Below, piece by piece: positions 39,130 through 52,882 of a DNA stretch of 64,000 bases. The notes beneath the pieces were generated by a model, which was not told the origin of the DNA, searched no databases, and saw only the letters and a program-made list of their open reading frames with translations. Every line of letters begins with the position of its first letter. Position 1 is the first letter of the stretch. Source of the stretch: Vicugna vicugna (Eukaryota); assembly GCA_013265495.1 (NCBI GenBank), contig MU058423.1:3115061-3179060 (forward strand), given 5' to 3'. Made by a program: the position numbers and the translations under genes.

Positions 39130-39800
39130 AAGCGCTCGAACTGGAGCGGGCTGCTCTTCACCCCGAGTTTCTGGTTTCTTGACGCCGGCCCCCGCGACCA
39201 CCCCCCTGCCTCCCTCCCGGAACAAAGGAGCCCGCCCCCGACTCCCACACACGCCCCCGACTCCCACACACGCCCCCTCCCCTCCCCGTCCCTCCGCCGG
39301 GCGCCCACAAACGCCCCTCCGAACTCACCTCCCCGCGGGCCGGCGAGTCTGGGGAGCGCGGCGGACGCGGCGAAGCTGCCCCAGCTGCCGCCTCGGCGAC
39401 GCGCCGGTGACTGCGGCCCCTCCTCCCCGCGGCGGGTCCGCGGCAGAAGCACCGCTGGAGGCCGGCGCGCACCCCCGCCCCCAAGGGTCACGTGGGCCAG
39501 AGCTCCGGGCTCTCCCGGTGTCCGCCGCGCGTCCGCCGCCACTCAAGGGCCCTGCGGCGCCGCCCGCCCGCTGCCACGCCCCTCCTGTGCGCCTGCGCCC
39601 CAGCTGCAGGCGCTCCCATTCAAACGGACGACGCCCCGCGTCTTTCGGACTCGCCAATGGCCGGCGCGGGAGGCGGGGCGGGGCGAGGCGATCCGCACGG
39701 GCCTCCGCTGTCCAGGACGGGCTGGGGAGTGCGTGCCAGACTCGGGGGGACCCTGGGGCACTTGGTCCTCCGCTGCCCCGGGGTCTGTCCTCAGCCACCG
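39130..39800. promoter_or_regulatory. CpG island / GPSM2 promoter
   Basis: Very GC- and CpG-rich block in an AT-rich background; GC boxes (ggggcggggc near 39676), CCAAT 39654-39658, TTTGAA on the minus strand 39619-39624, NRF1-like tgcgcctgcgc 39588-39598, E-box gtcacgtg 39487-39494. Confidence 0.92.
39329..39600 (-). other. GPSM2: GPSM2 non-coding exon 1 (5' end approximate)
   Basis: Consensus donor GAG|GTGAGT at 39329/39328 inside the CpG island; TSS not determinable from sequence. Confidence 0.7.
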
Positions 39801-42451
39801 AATTGAGTTGCTTTCCTGCCCTCCTGTTTCTTCTTCACACACTGAAGGGCGGGGCGATAAATACTGTCCAGAAAGAGTCCTTCAGAGATGGTCTAACCTA
39901 GACCCTTTTAAAAGATGGGCATCCCAAACAAGCGCCGCCTGCCCTGGAGGCTTGGTCCCGGCCTGGAGAATGAGTCTCCCAGCGGCATTTGCAGGATGTT
40001 TAAGGAAAAGAGGTCTCTGTGAAAGGAACAGAGGGACCCGTGTGAAAGTCTGAACAAGGCTGCCTTAGTTCTTGAGGCTATGTCACAGTTCTGGCGTTCC
40101 CAGCTGCTAAAAAAGCAAACTTGTGTTGACTGCAGAATCGCTGGTTCCCGGGAAAATTGGGTGGCAGTTTTGCTCAGTTTCAAGCAGCTACATTCTAAAT
40201 GCATTGGGAAAGTTTATTTCCATTCACTTTCTCTCCACATCAAGTTAACCAAAAAATAGATCTGTTTGTTCTTCACAAAAATACTGTTGTCTCTCTGGGC
40301 TAAAGAATCTGATGAATTTAATTAGATTATTTCTCAAATAGATATTTCTTTACTGCAATGAAAGGTAAATGTTTTTTACAGGCATAAAGATGTACTAACA
40401 CCAGTTTCAGTTTCTCTCTGAGTAATGGCCATAACCAGTGATCCAAGCAACATTTCTCTTATTGGGAACATATTCTGGCAAACTGGTTAAATAACAGCTT
40501 TGGCATCAAACTGGACCTGGATTTGAGTTCCACCTTTGCCACTTGCTGGTTGATTGACCTTGAACTAGTTTTCCTTATCCTCTTTAGCCTTAGTTTCTTT
40601 AGCTGTAAAAGACAAAATAGTATAATCTCTTTTAATATGTAAGGGTGGTTGTGGTACTTCAGCGAGGTAAATGTTGTTAAATGGTTAACATAATGTCTGA
40701 CCACTCAATAAATGGTACCTATTATCATTATTATCAACAACTACCCTTAATATCAGGTGCTTATAAACAACTGAATCAGCTGGCTGTACTATTTCAGAGG
40801 TAAGTATTATAATCCCTTCTTACTTATAAATTCTTTTTTGGGTGTTGATATGAAAGCCACAAAGGAAATACAGTAGACCAACTTCAGCATGAATAAATGA
40901 ATCATTATTTCCCCCTTGAAAATCTTCTCTTATACCTGAGACTTTCTATCACTGATAATAGTTATGTCCATCTTACTCAAGTTGAATTATCGTTTAAAGT
41001 ATCTTTTAAGAGGTATAGATCAGATTATGTCACTCTCCTCCTTGAAAACCTTCAGTGACTTCTCATTTGATTTAAAATGAAATCTAAATTCCCTACCATG
41101 GCCCATAAAGCCCAAAGCATCATGCCCTGCCCACCTCTTTACTCTCCTGCATTCCTCCCTCTTGCTGGCTCACTTCCCTCCAAGTACACAGGACATTCCT
41201 CAGACCCTAGAATAGACTAAGATTCAGGGTTCTCTCAGGGCCTTCTCCTTGGCAGTTCCCCCTGCCGAGTTTATTTCCCCAGACTCTTTAAATGGCTGGC
41301 TTCTTTTCAGCCCTCAGCTTTTAGCTTATTCATCACAGTATTCAGCAAGTATTTACTCAGTTTTTGCTATGTGTCAGGAACTGTTCCAGGTTCTGGGAAT
41401 ATAATAATGAGCAAGACAGAACACAGCCCCTGCTCTCATGGAATTCAATTAAAATAAATAACAAGAAAAGTATCAGGGTGTGATAGGTCGCAGGCAGAGA
41501 ATTCAAGGTAAGATGAGAAGAGCTGGAATGACTGCTTTACGCTGGGGGTCAAGGTAAGAGAGGCCCCTCTGAGAGGACGGATTCAAACTGAGATTTTAAT
41601 TACAAAAAGGAGCCAACTTTCAAGCAAAGCTCAGGGAAGAACACATTAGGCAAAGGGAACAGCTAATATAAGGCCTAAAGCGAAAGCCTGTGAGGACAAG
41701 CTTTGTGGGTTTGAGAAACTGGAAGGAGGCCACTGTGGCTTAAATGCAGTGAGAGAGAGGAGAGCATACAGCTTGAAGTCACACCCGGTCATGTCAGCCC
41801 TTGTAAACCAGGGGAGGGCGTTTGGGCTTTATTTTCTCAATGTTTTAGAAGCCAGTGGAAGATTTGAAACATGGGAGTAACTTCATCTGTTTATACTGTG
41901 AAACAAAGCCAGAATTCAAGACATTCTATAAGACAGCTAGCTCACATTCTTCATAAACGTCATTGTCATGAAAAACAAACCAAAAAAGGTTAAATCTTGA
42001 TGGAGTTCTAAATCAGAGAGGAGAGAGGGAGAGAGGGAGAAGAAGGGAGAGACTATAAAAGACATTTAAGAAACAACTGGGGAAAGTTGAATATAGACTG
42101 TATATTAGATGATATTATAGAATTATTGTTAATTTTCTTAGATACGACATGGAATTATGGTTATATAGGAGAATCTACTTTGAGAAGCTGCAAACTGAAA
42201 TATTTAAGGATAAAAAGCCACGACTTCAGCCTCTTCAGTCTCTTTCCAGAAGACTACAAAAGAAAATTGCCTGTAATCAGCTTTAACATAAGATACAGGA
42301 GATATCTCTTCTGCCTTTTAAAAAAAGGCAATAATCTACTCTACCTGGCTTGTCTGAAAAACTCATGTGTATAATTTAAAGTGGTTTCAGTTTGGTTGTG
42401 CCCTCAGGCAACTGGCAAAGGTAAACCAAGTCATATTTAGAGAAACCCAAC

Positions 42452-42805
42452 TGCTGTAGACTGAATGTTGGTGTCCCCCCTAAATTCATATCTTTAAACC
42501 TAATCCCCAATGTGATGATATTTGAAGATAAGTCCTTTGGGAGGTGATTAGGTCCTGAGGGTGGAGCCCTCATGAATGAGATCAGTGCCCTTATAAAGGA
42601 GACCCCAGAGAGCAACCTCACCCCTTCCACCATGTGAGGACTCAGTGAGGTGACAGCCCTCTGTGAACTAGGAAATGGGCCTCACTAGACACTGAATCTG
42701 CCGGCACCTTGATCTTGGGCCTCCAGCCTCCAGAACTGAGAAATAAATGTTTTGTTCATGCAATCCAGTTTATGGTATTTTGTCAACCCAAATTGACTAT
42801 GGCAC
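42452..42805 (+). mobile_element. MaLR LTR (MLT1A-like)
   Basis: tgtagactgaatgttggtgtccccc...ccagcctccagaactgagaaataaatg...tatggtattttgt. Confidence 0.8.
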
Positions 42806-45800
42806 CAACTTAGCCCAGACCCCTAACATTTCTACAGAAAAATTTCCAAGACATGTAGTTCTGAATCAAATCACAAATAATACAAAAAAACAAGGCATCT
42901 TGTACAAGAATTAGCAGAAAAAAAGAAGGAAAAAAAGAAAAAACAGACAACAAAACCAAACACCTAAATACTTTGAAACTGGAATAGATTACATTCATAG
43001 ATTATAAATAGTCATAGACTTTTTAAAGAAATAAAAGATTGAAAATATAAATAAAGAACAAAGTTCTGCAAAAATGAGTGGACAGGTTTAAAAAAGAACC
43101 CAACAAAACTGCTAGACTTAAAAAAAAAACCAATAATTAGAATTTAAAATTCAGTGGACAGGTTTAACAGCAGATTAGACATGCTGAAGAGAATGAGCAA
43201 ATTGGAAGACAGACCTGAAACAAATGTGAGCAAGGCTTGTTCTAAATAATTTACATGTATTAATTCACTTAGTCCTTATACCAGTCAGGCTCCAGGTATA
43301 ATCTTTAAACACTTTAAAGTCCTTAAATCAGTGATATGAAACAAATCTCTTCATATAAAAAAGAATCATAAAGGAGAGAGTGAGAAGCTCTAACATATGT
43401 CCAATCGAAATGCTAAGATGAGAAGAGAAATAGACGATACTTTCAGTACGATTTTTAAAAAGAAAAAAGAAATTTACACCTAGACATGAGATAATGAACA
43501 TACAGAGCACTGAAACCAAAGAAGCAACCTTAAAGCCACTGAGGAAGGAAGAACTGATTACCTCCGATGGAACAACAATTAGGCTGACAGGTGACTTGGT
43601 AATTGCAAACATGTAAGCCAGGAGAAGAATATCTTTGACATTATGGTCAGAGAAATGACTATCAGCCTAGAATTATTTAACCAGTGGAAATGTCTTTCAA
43701 TATGAGAACAAAATAAAGGTATTTTCAGGTAAACAAAAGCTGATTTTGCCATCACAGACCCTCACTAACTAAAGCTATATATATTTTCCTTCAAGAAGGA
43801 AAATGATCTTGGATGGTTAGAGATGCAGGAAGGAAATAAAGACCATATTAAGTGGTAAATATATAAATAAATATAAACAACTATTAGCTGATATCATTGC
43901 TCTTTCTTGCCTGTAAATACATTCATTCATATTCAACGACACATATGTTGAAATGCCTATTACGTGCCAAACACTATGCTGGGTGCTAGGGACACAGCAA
44001 TGGGGTTCTCTACTGCACCATCGCCACACTACTAGATGAACCCCTGGTGTTGACGCTACTGACAGGCTGCCTTTAGCATTTTCCAGCGCTTTAAAGAAGA
44101 GACGGAAAAATGAGTGTGCATAGCCTTACAGCCCGCAGGGTTGTTAGGACAGACCAAGCTTAGCTTTTTTTTCCCCAAAGCTAAAAACTTTTCTCTGAGT
44201 TATAAATGACACCACTGAGTCAAGGCAAATTTGAATAACCAGGTAGATAACACCTGTTGCTTCCCTTTTCAATAAGTCTGTCAGAGAACAATGCTCCCTT
44301 GACTAAAAGAAAGCCAGAATGTTGGGTGTGGAGGTTCCTCAGCAAACATGTGGACTTGGTAGCTCCACCTTTCAGAGTTAAAAAGAAAAAAATGAAAGGG
44401 AAGGAGCTTTCCAAAGAAATACCCAAGAAAGGGGGAATGGAAAGGAGACTTCAAAATACAAGGGAAACAGGCCATTATCAGGCTTAATCTTTGAAACTGA
44501 GTCTCTGAAATCTTTGAAATGTAGAGTGAATCAGTCGATAATAATAGCTAAGATTCATTGATGCTAAATATGCAATAGGCATTGTTCTAAGCACTTTACA
44601 TGTTTAAGGATTATACCTGGAGCCTGACTGGTATAAGGACTAAATGAATTAATACATGTAAATTGTTTAGGACAAGGCCTTATTCATAATAAATATTAGA
44701 TAATTTTTGCTTTTCCTATGATTTTGATTAGTATTTAATCTTCCCAACAACCCTATGAAGTAGGTACTAATATCATCCCCATTTTACAGAATCTTAGCTT
44801 GGTTTCCTAGAAGCAGATCCTAAGACAGGCACTTGGATACAAACGATTTCTTGAAGGAGTGCTTTTCCCAGAGGAAGCTGTAGGGAAGAGAGTAAAACAG
44901 GATAGGGAATAAAAAAGAGCTGAGCAAGGAAATCTTAGCCTTGGTCTGAGTCATTGAGAGAGGGCTTTAGAGTCTAGAGCATAAATTTCACCATAGACTA
45001 GGATTAGCCCCCAATTTAGAGGAAAGCGCTGGCTTTTTGTTCCCCTGCATCGGGATGTGGTGGAACAAAACTTGTTCAGGTGTGGCAGCTCGGTCTAGTG
45101 CAAACTCTACAGAGCGGCTGGGGGGTTAGCTGTAATTCCTAGTAGCCAACCTCGCTCACAGCAGCTGGGAGACGAGTGTTCTGTTCAGTAAAGGGCCTCT
45201 GAGCAGGGCATCCAAACGTCATCCACCACAGCTGGTAAACAGCAGAGCCAGTGTCTCCTGCCTCCCACCCCCGACCACCCCCATGCGGCCTCACCTGAAG
45301 TCAAAGGAAAATGATAAATGGAGACACATGTGACTGACAAAGGGTTGGTACTAACTACTTAGCATTTAAAGAGTTCTTACAATGAAAGAACCCAACAGAA
45401 AAAAAGGCAACAATCTGATAGAAAGGCAAAGGACAAGGACCAGCACTTTACAATGAAACTTCAAGAGACCACAATGAGCCCACATATGAACTTCCGTTTC
45501 ACCAGCGTTTAAATAAATGCAAATTAAAACCATAGGACACCTATTTTGCCTATTAGATTGCAGATTGTAAAGAATGGTAATATTGTTCATAAGGGTATGA
45601 TGAAATTAGTCCTCTCACGTGCTGATCTTGGGACTGGAAATTGATATAACCATTTTGGAAAGAAATTTTATAATATATATATCAAAAGCTTCAGTAACTC
45701 TTGACCAAATAATTCCATTTTTTAGGACTTTACCTACATAAATGATCAAACAAGTGTGCAAAACAAATGAACTAGATGTTCATCACATTCACTTCACAAT

Positions 45801-46725
45801 CATAAAAAAATTTTTTTAATTGAAGTATAGTTGACTTACCATGTTGTGTTAGTTTCTGGTGTACAGCAAAATGATTCAGTTATACATGCATACATTTTCT
45901 TTTTCATATTCTTTTTCCATTATGATCTATTACAGGATATTAAATATAGTTCTCTGTGCTATACAGTAGGACTTTGTTGTTCATAATCATTTTTAACATG
46001 GAAACATTAGCCACAATTACATGTCCAGAGGATTGGTGAAAACAGTTCTTGTTCACCCATACAATGGAATATTATGTAGCCATGAAAATGATGGCTTACA
46101 TATACACTGGTTGACACAGAAAGATATTCTCAATGTACTGGATTGAGTTCCTTGAGGAGAAGATTATGAAACACTATAAATGTTAACATGGCCTAACACA
46201 TTTTACAGTGTATTCGTTACTTTTTAATACTGTTTGTCATTAAAAAACTAGTCATATTGTGGATAATAGATAAATGACCAAAGTACTGAGATAATTCACA
46301 AATGAAGAAATAAAAATGGCTAATAAATATATAAAGAATGTCCAATCATACCAGTATCAAAGTCCTGCAAATTAAAACAACATTGAATTTTTTTTTAATT
46401 GATGGAGATTTTTTAAAATGTTACTGTTCAGTGTTGCAGAGTATATATCAGTATATCACTCCCAGGTTGCTGATGGGAATATATGCTTGTATAGATTTTT
46501 TGAATTCAATTTGGTTTATATAGTAAGAGTATTAAAATATTTATACTCTGTCCTAATACTGTCTCACCTAAGCATATATCCAGAGGAAATAATTTAAAAT
46601 ACAAACAAGAATATTTACTGTTATGTTATTTTAAAACATTAAAAACCTGGATACAACCTAAATGTCTATCATTAAGGAAATGACTGATTACAGTCTCGCT
46701 GTATAGTGGATAGAACTATTTTTAA

Positions 46726-46826
46726 GTTTATTTATTTTTTTTTTTTTAGAGGGGGTGCTGGGGATTGAACCCAGGACCTCATGCATGCTAAGCATGTGCT
46801 CTACCACTTGAGCCATACCCTCCCCC
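46726..46826 (-). mobile_element. tRNA-derived SINE, camelid type
   Basis: ggggattgaacccaggacctcatgcatgctaagc...ctaccacttgagccataccctccccc; TSD aactatttttaa at 46714 and 46827. Confidence 0.9.
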
Positions 46827-49800
46827 AACTATTTTTAAAAGGTATTTATTTTAAAGCTCTTAATATGATGGGGAAATGTTCTTGGTGTTAAGTGAAAAAC
46901 ATGTTGCACAATTATTTGTATATTATGACCCCAGCTATGTAAGATATGTTTAATAAACACTAGAAAGAATAGTGCTGAAGCACTGTGACTCTTTACACTT
47001 TTCTCTACTTTTCACATTTTCTGTAATAAGCAGAAAAACATACAAGAATTTTTTAAAAGTTTAAAAACTAAGAAAAATTACTGTGGATTTGTATACTCTT
47101 CCTCTCCCCATAAGTGTGCCTCACTGTCACTTTCTTCTGGTGGCTTTCTATAAAAAAAAAAAAAAGCTTCGATATGAAACAGGATTAAGTGCTTAGGAAT
47201 GAGGGGATACAGGGAGTCTGGGAGTCTGGTGAGGGTGAGGGGAATAACCATTCCTGGACAGAGGGGGGTCCCAGGATGCAGAACTTTCTATCTTAAACCG
47301 AGGACAGGAGTTGGTAAAGGCAGGTGAGCATGGCAACCGTTAGGGCTTGCGGAACAAAGAAGGTAGGTCTAAGAGGCCTGTCTGAGAAAGAGAAGCAAGT
47401 GAGTAGTTTGGGGCTTTAACCAGGAAACAGCCCTGTGGTTTTTTTACAGGGTTAACTTTTGGGGTTCTCTAAAGTTGAGGTGGTCAGTGTCACTGCTGAA
47501 GAGCAGATCTGGAGGCTGCCTGTTAGCAAAGCAATCAAGTGCTCTTAATTCGCATGCTGTCATGGGTGAAAGAAATTGCACAATGAAACTTATTTACTAC
47601 CCTATTATTCTGAAGATCACTTAGGAGGGTGGATTGCTTAGAAAGGAAGCGAGACTCCCTTACGACCAGCCTAGCAATCTTCCGTCTGTCTGACTTCTGT
47701 GCGTCTGTTTGCCTCTAGGATAGTTTGCGTACTCAGATGTTTTCCTCTGAAGATAACACCCATGGTTTTATGATGCTATTATCAGTTTTAATTATGGGAT
47801 TGCAAATGTGCCCAGAGGTTCCTTTTGAGGAGGGAATCATGCAAATCTAAACTGCATTCATTTAGAACTCTTTCCACGTTAGCAGCTAGACTCCACTTCA
47901 GATAGGGGTCACTGACCCTTCCCAAGCTATTTTTTGCATCAGTAGGACCTCCGTAGGACCCTGAGCCCAGAGACATAAAGGACTTAGTAAGAGGTGCCTC
48001 ACTTCCCAGTTAGCTCAAATTCCTCCCAATAAACCAGGTGTAGTCATCCTACACACACTTGCTAGCTAGCTTGCTGGAGGGATTGTGCAGAAAAGAGTAG
48101 ATCTTCTTAAGAACATTGAGCAACACCACCACGTCAGTGTCTATGAATTCTCTTCATTGCTTCTACTCACAACCGATGACAACTGCCCACTCCCTGACCA
48201 CAGGCTTCTTTAAGACATCCGTGAGTGCTCAGAAACCCTTAAACCCCTGGGGAAGGTTTATAGATGTACTTCTTTCTATCAAGCTAAGTATAAAGGCTTT
48301 TTAAGTCCAGCTCTCTCAATTAAATTTCTATACTTGCATGTCCTTCCACTAGGGGAAGAGGAGGGGGAGGGACAATGACGACATTTATTGAGCACTTCCC
48401 CCCACCCCCCACCATGTGTCAGACACTGAGCAAGGCACTCTACATACTTATCTCATTTAATTCCCACAGATACCCTTTATCCTCATTTTGTGGATGTTCA
48501 AATCACTGGGATAACTTAATCAGGGTCCTTAAAAAGGAGCAGAGCTAAGAGTCTGGTTTTTTAAACACATGTGCTCTTTCCGTTCTCCCTCAAGCAGCCA
48601 AATGGGTCTCCCTCCTTCCCTCCCTCCATCCTCTCCCTCCCTCTCTCCCTTCCTTCCTTCCACCAGTATCTTATAAATGTGATAAATGCCATTAAGGAGG
48701 TACACAGAGAGCTCTGAAGGCTTACATCACAGGAACCAGAAGTAGCAAAGGAGATGGGGGAAGGTTCTGGAGGAAGTGGCATCATGAGAGATGAGTAAGA
48801 AATAACTAGGTAGAAAGAAGGAAGGTGGGGCAGACACTTTAGGCAGAGTGAACAGCATGAAGGGAAAGGCCCAAGGTGGGAAGGAGACTGGGTATTTGAA
48901 GAACAAAGGAAATGAAGGGCAGAGACTAAGAGAGCAGAGTGAAACTTGGCTGGCAAGGCAGACAGGGGCCAAGGAGAGTGAGTGCTTAGAGCTGGGGGAG
49001 AGGATTCTGGTCCTTCACTGAATGTACTTCACACTCACCTGAAGCACTAAGGAAGGGGAATATTTTGGGTCTTGATGGAGAAAACACTCTTTATCTTTAG
49101 AGGAGTGTTTCTAGTGAAGGCCCTCTTGGCACTGGATGCGCTAATCCTTTGTGCAGGACTACTCTGTCCCTTGCTTCCACACCGGTCTCCAGGTAATCTA
49201 TGGCAGCAGCAACTCCTTCCCCTCTAGTCCAGGCACTGTGATAACCCCAAACACCCCACACATTTCTGAGGTCCTCTGGAGTGGTTCTCCCTTCTCCTGA
49301 GATCACTGCTCTTATTTGGGCTGCAGGAGTGTCACTGCCACCAACCTTGTGACCATGCTTTATCTCTTTGCCGATCAACATCCAAACTCCTCTTTTGGTG
49401 GATGTCCTTCCTACAGACACAGGCTCTGATGTTTGTCTCTATGACCTACTGGGAGCATCTTAATTCCATGCAGTCGCTGTTGAGTCTGCCATATGCCAAG
49501 GACAGGCTAGCGACAGAGACAGACGTGAAACACTTACTTACTTTACGGTGGGGAAAGTGCAACTGAGGAGGCTTGTGCAGGGAACAGAGTTGGTGGAGGA
49601 GGAGGCGATGACCTCTCCTGGCCATTGAGGTCAGGGAGGAAGGGCGTTTTACAGGTGGAGGGGACAGCAGCACATTCATGGAGACATAAAACACCAGGTG
49701 AGCTTGCCAGCTATAAATAGCTTGGCATTGTTGAAGCATGAATTTCAAGTCAGGGTGTGGTAGGAAGACAGGTCGGAGAGGGAGGCTGTCACAGTTCACA

Positions 49801-50596
49801 CAGGGCCTCATATGTCACACTGAGGAGCTGGGGTAATATGCAAAATAAACTCCCAAATGTGTTATACTTGTAAATCTTCAACCATCCTGAAAGGATCACA
49901 TCTGAATGAGGTGTTTAAGAATTTTTTGAGGAGCTACAGAGACAAGGTCACTGCAGTGTGATGTGGTCTCTCTCAGGCTTATAACCTCATTTATGAAGTT
50001 CCTGTGTGCCTTGGACGATATTAAAGTTTCTTCTCACGGATTTTAACAGCTTTATTGAGCTATAACTGACAAACAATAAACAGCACATACTTAAATGCAC
50101 AAGTTAAGTCTGATGTTTATATGACATGCATATACTTCTGTGAAGCTATCACCACAGTCATCAAATCCATCCATAAAAATTTCCTCATGTTCCATGGTAA
50201 TCCTCCCCCAACCTCCAGCCCAACCTCAGGCAACCACTGATCTGCTTTCTGTCACTATATATTAGTTTGCTTTTTGTAGAATTTTATATAGATATATATT
50301 CTTTTGGGGGGGGTGTCTGGCGTCTTTCAAGTAGCATACTTATTTTGAGATTCACCCATGTAGCTGCATGTATCAATAGTTATTTTTCATTTTAAAAAAC
50401 TTCCCACTTCTGAGGTATGCCCTCCTACAGTATCTACTGTGTCTCAACAAATTTGCTCCATGGAATAACAAAGCTCAACATTAGGAGGGGCTTTGGGGAT
50501 AATAGTTTCCCCTGGAGGCACAAGAAATACTGCTTGGGGAAGAAAGGATGAGGCATAGCTCCTAGTTTTTTAAGAACTCTCCAAAATATAAGAGAA

Positions 50597-51083
50597 CTGT
50601 GCTAAGCAAAGTAATGGTTCCCAAAGATGTCCGCATCCTAGTTCCAGAACCTGTGAATATATGACTTTACATGTCAAAAGAGACTTTACAAATGTGATTG
50701 AATGAGGGATCTTGAGATGAGACTACCCTGGATTATCTGGGTGGGCTCACCTTTGTAACCACCGGCGTCCTTATAAGTGAAGAGGGAGGCTGGAACGTCA
50801 GAGTCAAAAAGAGGTTTGAAGATGCTGTGATGTTGGCTTTGAAGATGGAGAAAAAGGGCACAGGCCAGGGAATGCAGACAGTCTTTAGAAGCAGAGAAAG
50901 GCAAGAGAATGTAACCCCCCTGGAGCCTCCAGAAGGTGTGCAGCCCGCTGACACCTTGATTTTAGCCCAGTGATACCCGTTTTTGGACTTCTGACTTCCA
51001 GAACTGAAAGATAAGAAATTGGTGTTGTTTTAAGCCACTAAGTTTGTGGAAATTTTGTTATAGTAGCAATAGGAAACTGATAC
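50597..51083 (+). mobile_element. MaLR LTR (MLT1D-like)
   Basis: cccaaagatgtccgcatccta...ggattatctgggtgggc...ccagaactgaaagataag...gcaataggaaactgataca. Confidence 0.8.
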
Positions 51084-52882
51084 AATTACCAATCCTGTTT
51101 AAAAAAAAAAAAAGATGAGTCTGACCACTTCTATTTCCTCTTCCATTTTGTGACATGTGGTCTGAGAGGAGCAGAAGCAAGTTGGCTTTGGAATCAGACT
51201 GACCTATTCGAGCTGCTCCTCTGAGCTGTTTCCTCATCCTAAAGGAGGATAATCTAGCCTTTATCTTGGGGGGGCTGTGGAGTGGATTGATGAGATGATA
51301 TACACAGAGGGCAAAGCACATAATGGATCCTCAATAAACATTTGCTTTCTTTACTTCCCACCTAATACTTGAATCCAAGGGACTAAATCCTTAACTGCTA
51401 GTGACCTACCGTGTAATTTTGGCTAAACTGCTTCCTCTCCTTCAATTGGTTCCACGAGGTTAAAGGGAGATACTTATTAAGTCTTTGAAGTGTTTGTGTT
51501 AAGTCTCTAAGAGTGTTTATTAAGTCTCTTAGAGTTTGCCATGTGGCTGGATACTCTTGGTTAAAAAGTGTTATTTAGATGCAAAGTGCTGTTATCTTTT
51601 GAGCAGGTAATTATTTCCTGTCCTAAACTGTTTAGCACTGTACTGAGGTTCCATCTCTGAGATGATGACATTGCTTGAGAGGGTGAAGAAATACTTCACT
51701 TGAATGTTATGAGTCTTAATTAATTAATGTTTATTAAGCCTACACAAGCCTATTATAAAAGGCTAAATGTTAAGTATCATTTACTTCTCATATGGTTGTC
51801 ATATAGCTTAATATAGCAACTAAAACTCAGCATTGGATTAGGTGATATTTCTTCATAATCATGTTGTGGGGAGTCTGATTACTATTTTAAAGAACTTTGT
51901 GTTTTTTATAAGAAAGGGGTTAGGGAAAGACGGCTATTATTTTTCTATAAGGGTTCAATTTTTAATAGATTTATACTTCAAATCTTTATCTCTTACACAA
52001 AACAATACAGAATGGTTAAAAAAGCTAACATTTTGAAGTACTGAAAAGATATTTTATGTAACAGTTAATAATAATTTTTAAGCTAGTGTTTATCAGACAT
52101 TTTGTGCCACACACTGCTCTGAACCCTATGCACGCATTAAAGCTAAACTTAGCATAATCCAACCCCGGTGGGCTGCATGGATTTAGAGAGCATCATTATC
52201 TGCATGGATTTCCAGATATGTAACTGGCTCAGCAGAGTGAGGATGCAGGTGGAGGAGGACTTCTATAGCATAAGGACTTTGGTTCCATAGTAATGGCTAC
52301 CATTTATTGGACATACTTCATGACAGACACTGGACTAAGTAAATGCATTATCTTATTTTATTCTTACATTAACCCTTTGAGGTAGGTTTAACAAAGTAGG
52401 AAAATAAGACTCAGAGAAGTTAAGTCAATTGCCTCAAATTGTGAATCTAGAAAGTGGCAGAACCAGGATTCACATTTATGTCCTGCTGTCCCCAGATCAT
52501 GAAATGCCTGTAGGAGGTACAGACAACTATGGTAAGTGGTTCATAAGGACTCAGTAACTGTTAGCTGTCTGTAAGACCGTTTAAATCACAGAATGACATG
52601 CTCTAATGAAGGTGACCATCTTTCCACGTGTTTAATCATCTTTTCGTATTTTTCAATGCCATGTGTATTTCCTTTTCTGTTAATTCATGTCTTTTGCTCT
52701 TTGGGATCTTTTTCTTATTGATTCAAATGATCTTCATTATAAAGTACTTAGAAATACAAGAAAGCATGACCAAGGAGTCATGATTAATTTCTCCCTCACC
52801 CTCACCTACTTTCACACAGTGCCAGTTTCTGTTGATTTTTCCTCTAAAATATGTCTTATGTCTTAAAGACATCTATTTCTTC

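Noticed and set aside
39070..40053. Several long overlapping ORFs (up to 240 aa) on both strands
   Set aside because: Low-complexity Pro/Arg/Gly/Ala translations expected from stop-codon scarcity in a CpG island; no recognisable domain
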